Below are positions 52,142 through 64,000 of a stretch of DNA of 64,000 bases, piece after piece; position 1 is the first letter of the stretch, and each line of letters opens with the position of its first letter. The DNA lies in the NCBI GenBank assembly GCA_030390025.1, contig CM059450.1, forward strand, positions 5,704,001 through 5,768,000, written 5' to 3'. Source of the stretch: Squalus acanthias (Eukaryota). A program made the position numbers and the translations under genes. The notes under the pieces are model-generated. The model was not told the DNA's origin. It searched no databases and saw only the letters and a list, made by a program, of their open reading frames with translations.

Positions 52142-54824
52142 CTTAACTCTTACTGTTGATAAGAACAAAGTTCAAACACCACTGTAGACACAACCTAACC
52201 TCTACCTGCCCAAGCTCTTGTATTTATACTGCTGGGACAGCCTGCATTTCAACAGGGTATGGTATCACCAATGATGATTGACAATCCCTGATAGCCAGTC
52301 AGGATCTTCCATGAATCCAGGCACCAATTAACAAAGGAGAGGGGTGGGGTGGGGTTTGAGATACCCAGAGCCAATCAGAGCTTTGGAATATAGAGGTTTG
52401 GATGATTATTCTGTGATGTCATTGCTGTTGGTTTCTTTGACTTTCCTCAAACTGAATCTGAAAGCGTCTCTGTTCACAGAATCAAAGCTTCACAACATAT
52501 CTCAAAGAGTTCGAGGAATTTGCAAATGGAAATTCCACCCTGTAGATGGTGTCGAGAACAACCGGCTCTAAGTTAACCCGTCTCTTGGAGAATTGATGGG
52601 CATCTCGGTGGGTCCAGAACGAGTCCGTGATACCAAGGTTCACAATGTTGACCACAATAGATTGAAAGAGACTGACCTGCACCAGACAGTCCGCAGTGAA
52701 TCTGCAAACCAGCCCACAACGAGTTGGGGAAATGGAAAGTGGATCAGTGGGGAGCTTCAGACAGAATCTGTTGCTCCGTCACTGTAAAGTGCGATGTGGA
52801 GTTTTATCCCCGTGAAATTTAAGAGCTGTAAAGTCCTGTGTTTAGTTTATACTGTTTCCTCATCTCCTGCAAACCCCGGGTCTGTTGTGAGGAACGGTTT
52901 TATACCTGAAAGGTCAAGTGTCTCGTGTTTTCTCGACCGATGCTGCCTGACCTGCTGAGTGTCTCCAGCGTTTTCTGTTTTTGTTTGAGATTTCCAGTAT
53001 CTGCAGTGTTTCAGTTTGTGTTCCTGTCCTGTTGTAACTCTGGTCCAACTACCAGGCATTTAATAGGACCACAAAACCTCCAGAACAGAGAAGAGTGAAT
53101 TACATAAACCGTCCAACACAGAAATAGGATGTTTGGCCCAACTCTCTTCCACTAACAGCAGTTGATGCTCGGTCAATTGTTAATTTTAAATCTGAGATTG
53201 ACAGATTTTTGTTACCCAAAGGGACAAAGGCGGGTATATGGAGTTAGTTCACAGATCAGCCAAGATCTCTTTGAATGGAGGAACAGGCTCGAGGGGCTGA
53301 ATGGCCTCCTCCTGTTCCTATCCAGATCATGTTTATTTTCTACACAAGCAGTAGTCCTAACCCCATGTGGCGGCTCTGTTGCTATACCATGGCATCTAAT
53401 CTTGTTTAGGTACATCCCTGGAAAGGGGTGAGGTTGTAACTACAGTGGTGTTTAAACTTAGCTCCCACCAACAGTAAAACTGAAGATGGTCTACCAAGTG
53501 TGTCCGAACGATTACGGGTGTGCAGGAAACGTGGCGCATCAATCGGCTGAGCCGTTACAGAATGTCCAAAGAGCTTGCATGTTCCTTGTGTGGAGAACCA
53601 ATGTATTTTCCAGTTTAACTCCTAGAAACAGGCCAGCCAACATTTTATTTGTAGTCATCCTCACCATGTCTGCCAGCTCAGTCCTGGAGAGAATATTTAA
53701 TGGACTCTTGTACTCATTACTGTCAAATGGAGTTAATTCATTCCCTTGAGATTAACTATTTTTGAACCACATGTTTAATTTGTTGCATCTTCAGGAACAC
53801 TCAGAATTCACCGCACACTTTGTGGGTTAAGGGCTGTCTTGTTGAACAAGTTGTGGCCATTAGCAATATAGCATGTGAATTATTGAAAATAATGTACGGC
53901 TACTATTTGACCACAATTAACCAGTGGATCCCTAGAACAATGATGCTGCAATAGAAAGGAAGGGAGTTGAACTTTTTGGAAGAATAATTGACTTTATTAG
54001 GATTTATATGAGTACTGATTGATCTCCACTTGACCCAACACAAACAAACCCCAACTAGGACATACTGCAGCTTGGTATATAGGTTTATACAGACTGGTGG
54101 TTTATTCAATCCCACACATCAAGGATTGCCCAGGGTGGGGCTAGAAAAAGTAGTAATGTGGGGAAGGAAGTGAATGTTTAACAAAAAAGACATCCTACCC
54201 CAAAAAGGAAGTTAAAGGTGGTCAATGCAGTACCATGTATACAGCTCACAAAGCTTTCACAAACCAGTGACATGGCATCAGTTTAATGTACAGACACTGA
54301 AATAGCAGGCAAGAGTCTGAAGCAGGACACCAGGCAGGTACTCTCCATTCTCCTGGCTGAAGGCACCAATTCAACCCTCTCCTCCCTTCCCCACTTCTTT
54401 GTTTTAAACCTCCACAGCTTCATGACATGTAGGTGGCAAGTTATAAAAAACCCTTTTCAGCAGGAACTGCTACTGAGTTTAGTTTCAGAAAGTCATTAAG
54501 CCTCAAGTGATGATTAAGATGTGGGCACAGCCAGCCCAGGCAGTCACTGAATCAAGTTTAGGGAGCGACTTCTATATTTTTAATTTGGATCATATATTAC
54601 ACAGCTGTGTATCGTGCAGTGGGACCTTAGTGACCTCAATAATCAGATCAGCTACTTAATTATACAACAAAGACAAACCAGTTCAATGATGAAGAACTTT
54701 TATTGCCATGTACTGTTAGTTAGATGAGAAAACTGGGAAATAACCACAGCCAAAGCATTCACCACTAGAAGTTGGTCACACTTCATTTCCACCATGTACA
54801 GAACTAATGGTTCTAGAATCCCAG

Positions 54825-57717
<2,893 letters not shown>

Positions 57718-57993
57718 CTTCACTCTTCCTGTTGATAAGAACTAAGTTCAAACTCTACTGTAGAAACAACCTAACCTCTGCCCTCACAAGCTCTTGTATT
57801 TATACTACTGGGACAGCCTGCATTTAAACAGGGTTTGGTATCACCAATGATGATTGACAATCCTTAAGAGCCAGTCAGGAATCTTCCATGAATCCAGGCA
57901 CCAATTAACAAAGGAGAAGGGGTGGGCTTTGTGATACCCAGAGCCAATCAGAGCTTTGGAATACAGAGGTTTGGATGATTATTCTGTGATGTC

Positions 57994-59578
57994 TGTAGAA
58001 TTCGCAAATTATCGCGATTTCGAAATAACGAGATAGAGACATACAGTTTTGTAAAAACAGCTTTATTTCAGCAAAATGCTGTCAGGTTCAAAAACGGACA
58101 CAAGCAGCCTGTAAAATGGCCGCCGCGCCTCGTGGCAGAAGTTTCTAGACTTTTCAGTAGGCAGACAAGATGGCGTTTCAATAAACATTTCAGCAAGATC
58201 GGACAGTACTCAGCATAATGAAATAAGACAAGACGCGATCGTTTTGCATTTTGTACACCTAAGAGAATATAAGTGCTGGAATCGGTTTTCCATGCACAAA
58301 CGAGGGCTATTGTACTGGGCAATTAAGGGCCCATCCAAAGACATTGATACGCAAATTCCCCACGGCTCTACGATGAGAGAGCCGTTCGCGGGTACTCACA
58401 GCAAGAATTCGGAGGGCCCCAAAACCCCTCCAGGGAGACTCCTAGCCGGTTCCACAATGGAAGAAACATTAACGGGTACTTAGACAGTTACAAGTATCAC
58501 CGAAACCCATTAACGACAAGAACCACCCCATACAAGAAGTTTGAGCGCCAAAACGTGACAAAAGATGAACATTAAGATTGGGCGGGAGATAAAGAATTAC
58601 AGTACTATAACTGTAGTAAACAAACGTCCATCTTTCTCTTGATTCGACCCCTGGCTCTCGTTTGCGGCCCACCGAGCTCTTGATCCGCTGATCTTCCAGG
58701 AGTCAACCTCGTGACTTGCCGCGAAGATCTGTGAAGAGCTGGGCTGCGAAGGCCGGTAAGCGGGTGCACCATCCTGAGGGTCGGTAATCGGTGTAGGGAC
58801 CCGAAGGCCCGACGAAACGAAACAAGACAAGAAGAAGAAGAAGACGACTACACGTGCCGCCGTGGTCAGTAAACCCCGACCGCGCCCAAACTATAAAGAC
58901 CATTTACAGGTTACCACACGAATTCTACCGCCAACCGGTGTCGGGCACAGGAAGACTCTTCTTTGAGTTTTATCAGAAATCCGAGGTCAACACAGATCTT
59001 CATGACAGCAGACGGTCCAGCCTGCTAGCCGGAGCAGAGCGAGTAAACAAGTGGGGTACAGAGACCCCTGATCAACACGTGAATAGTCAGGTGCTGTGGC
59101 GAAAACATCCGAGCATCGTTTTAGAATTCTCCGAGTTATCACGAGTGGTGAGCATGGATCTCGATCCTACAGATCTAGATTAGGACAGGTATTAATAGGG
59201 GAGGGTTTTGTTTTAAGGATAATTATAATGTGTGTCCCCTTTTACGATGTGTCGTGCGCTCCTCGTTTCCCTAAACCTAGTTGCATAAATGTATGTAAGC
59301 TTGTACTGTCATTAATCTGTGCTTATGACATGTATTTCGTAATCTTGAACAATATGCAATAAAGATTTCCATTTCGTACTATTCAACCGGGTCTATTTGA
59401 GTTTTCTCTGCATTACTGCTCTCGCACCTAAGTCCAGTGTTAGAACCGTCAGGGCGAGTGGGTCGAACCACTCACAGGTGTCTAGTGCTACCAGGCTGGC
59501 TGGAGACCAGAACAGGCAACAAGGCCTAACCCCGCACCAGCACCCAGGCTAAGCACAGAGCCACCCGAACCCCTTACA
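57994..59578 (+). mobile_element. Solo LTR-like insertion (1585 bp) in the promoter of copy 10
   Basis: TGTA...TACA termini; GTC duplicated at 57991-57993 and 59579-59581; CpG-rich; TATAAA at about 58892 and AATAAA at about 59359; no long ORF; empty site ctgtgatgtcattgc in all other class-B promoters. Confidence 0.8.
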
Positions 59579-61999
59579 GTCATTGCTGTTGGTTTCTTTG
59601 ACTTTCCTCAAACTGAATCTGAAAGTGTCTCTGTTCTCAGAATCAGAGCTTCACAACATAACTCAAAGAGTTTGATGAGTTTGCAAATGGAAATTCCACC
59701 CTGTAGATGGTGTCGCGCACAACTGGCTCTAAATTAACCCGTCTCTTGGAGGAATTGATGGACATCTCGGTGGGTTCAGAACGAGTCCGTGATACCAAGG
59801 TTCACAATGTTGACCACAATAGATTGAAAGAGACTGACCTGCACCAGACAGTCCGCAGTGAATCTGCAAACCAGCCCACAACGAATTGGGGAAATGGAAA
59901 GTGGATCAGTGGGGAGCTTCAGACAGAATCTGTTGCTCCGTCACTGTAAAGTGCGATGTGGAGTTTCATCCCCATGAAATTGAAGAGCTGTAAAGTCCTG
60001 TGTTTAGTTTGCACTGTTTCCTCATCTCCTGCAAACCCCGGGTCTGTTGTGAGGAACGGTTTTATACCTGAAAGGTCAAGTGTCTCGTGTTTTCTCGACC
60101 GATGCTGCCTGACCTGCTGAGTGTCTCCAGCGTTTTCTGTTTTTGTTTGAGATTTCCAGATCTGGGTTTCTGTTCCTATCCTGTTGTAACGCTGGAATTT
60201 AACAGAAGGACCACAAAACCTCCAGTACAGAGAAAAGTGAATTACATAAACCGTACAACACAGAAATAGGATGTTTGGCCCACAAATGGTAATTGATGCT
60301 AGATCAATTGTTAATTTTAAATCTGAGTTTGATAGATTTTTGTTAACCAAAGATATTAAGGGATATGGGGCAAAGGCAGGTATATGGAGTTAGGTCACAA
60401 ATCAGCCATGATCTTATTGAATGGAGGAACAGGCTTGAGGGGCTAAATGGCCTCCTCCTGTTCCTATCCAGCTCATGTTTATTCTCTACACAAGCAGTAG
60501 TCCTAATCCCATGAGGCTGCCCTGTTGCTATACCATGGCATCTAATCTTGTTTAGGTACATCCCTGGAAAGGGGTATTGTTGTAACTACAGTGGTGTTTG
60601 AACTTAGCTCCCACCAACAGTAAAACTGAAGCTGGTCTCCCAAGTGTGTCAGAACTACCATGCGTGTGCAAGACACATGGTGCATCAATCGGCTGTGCCA
60701 TTACAGAATGTCCAAAGAGCTTTCATTTTTGTTGTTGGGAGAACCAATGTAATTTCAGTTTAGGTGCTAGAAACAGTCTAGCCAACATTTTCTTTGTAGC
60801 TAATCTAACCATGGATAGCAGGTTACCATGTCTACTAGCTCAGTCCTTGAGAGAATATTTAAAGGGCTCTTGTGCCTCGGTATTTTCAAATGGAGTTCAT
60901 TCCCTTTAGGGGAAGTATTTTTCGAACTTTAATAGATGTTTAATTTATGGCATCTCCAGGAAGTCAGAAATCACCACACACTTGGTGGGTTAAGGGCAGT
61001 TTTTTGAACAAGTTTTGTCCCTTAGCCATATACCAAGTGAATTATTGAAAATAATGTACAGCTACTATTTGATCAGTAGATCCCTAGACCAGTAGAATAG
61101 AAAGGAAATGAGTTTAAGTTTTTGGGAGAAGAATCATTTACTTTAATAGGATTTATATGAGCATTGATTGATTGCCACTTTACCCAACACAAACAAACTC
61201 CAAATAGAACATATTGCTGCTTGATGTATAAGTGTATACAGACTGGTTGTTTATTCAATCCCAGACATCAAGTATAGCTCTGGTTTTGGTGGCCAGGGGT
61301 AGACAAGGAAGTAATGTGGGGAAGAGAGAGAATGTTAAACAGAAGACATCCTACCCAAAAGGAAGTTTCTAAGATGGCCAATGCGGTACTGTGTTGCCAT
61401 GTCACAAAGCTTTGGCAATCCAGTGAGTGACTTTTGGCATCAGTCAAATGTAAAGGCAGCTCAATAGCAGGTCATCCCCCACCCTTGCCCTGACAGGTAC
61501 GAGTTTGAAGCAGGACACCAGGCAGATATTCTCCATTCACTTTGCTGAAGGGTCACTACTGTCAGCACTAATTCAATCCCCTCCTTGGTTTTAAACCACC
61601 ACAGCTTCCTGACATTTTGCCAGCAGATGTTACTAAAAACCCTTTTCAGCAGGAATTGTTACAGAGAGTTCAGAAAACCATTAGAAGCCTCAAGTGATGA
61701 TTTGAAGATGTGGACACAGCCATCCTGGGCACTGGGAGGGACTTCTATATTTTTAAACTTGGCTCATATTACACAGCGTGTATTGTGAAGTGGGATCTCT
61801 TAGTCGTCTCAATAATCAGATCAGCTACTTAATTATACAACAAAGACAAACCAGTTCAATGATGAATAACTTTTATTGCCATGTACTGTGACAGTTAGAT
61901 GAGAAAACTGGGAATTAAGCACAGCCAAAGCATTCACCACTAGAAGTTGGTCACACTTCATTTCCACCATGTACAGAACTAATGGTTCAAGAATCCCAG

Positions 62000-64000
<2,001 letters not shown>

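Noticed and set aside
58068-59362. Short ORFs in the CpG-rich insert, as possible viral accessory genes or a CpG-island gene
   Set aside because: No recognisable motifs and all 109 aa or shorter; the block is bounded by LTR-type termini with an empty site in paralogs

Overview
Eukaryotic (cartilaginous-fish-like, judged from SacSINE/HE1-type SINEs plus CR1, Penelope and Tx1 fragments) genomic DNA occupied almost entirely by a head-to-tail tandem array of 4-exon ferritin heavy/middle-chain genes on the minus strand: 9 complete copies, 1 internally deleted copy and 1 copy cut by the window end, and the array appears to continue on both sides. The copies fall into two classes with non-alignable promoters, introns and 3' ends. 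Class A (copies 1-4; start MDSQ/MNSQ, end G(E/A)SD) has no visible IRE, and every complete copy carries E62K in the ferroxidase centre (two also H65D), i.e. L-chain-like subunits. Class B (copies 6-11; start MASQ, end LS/LN) keeps the ferroxidase centre and has a broken IRE remnant. Copy 5 is an A/B hybrid at the boundary. The spacers carry an antisense ferritin retrocopy, a co-amplified G2E3/PHF7-like zinc-finger fragment, a 1.6 kb solo-LTR-like insertion in one promoter, and several LINE, SINE and MITE fragments. Residue numbers follow human FTH1. No database searches were run.
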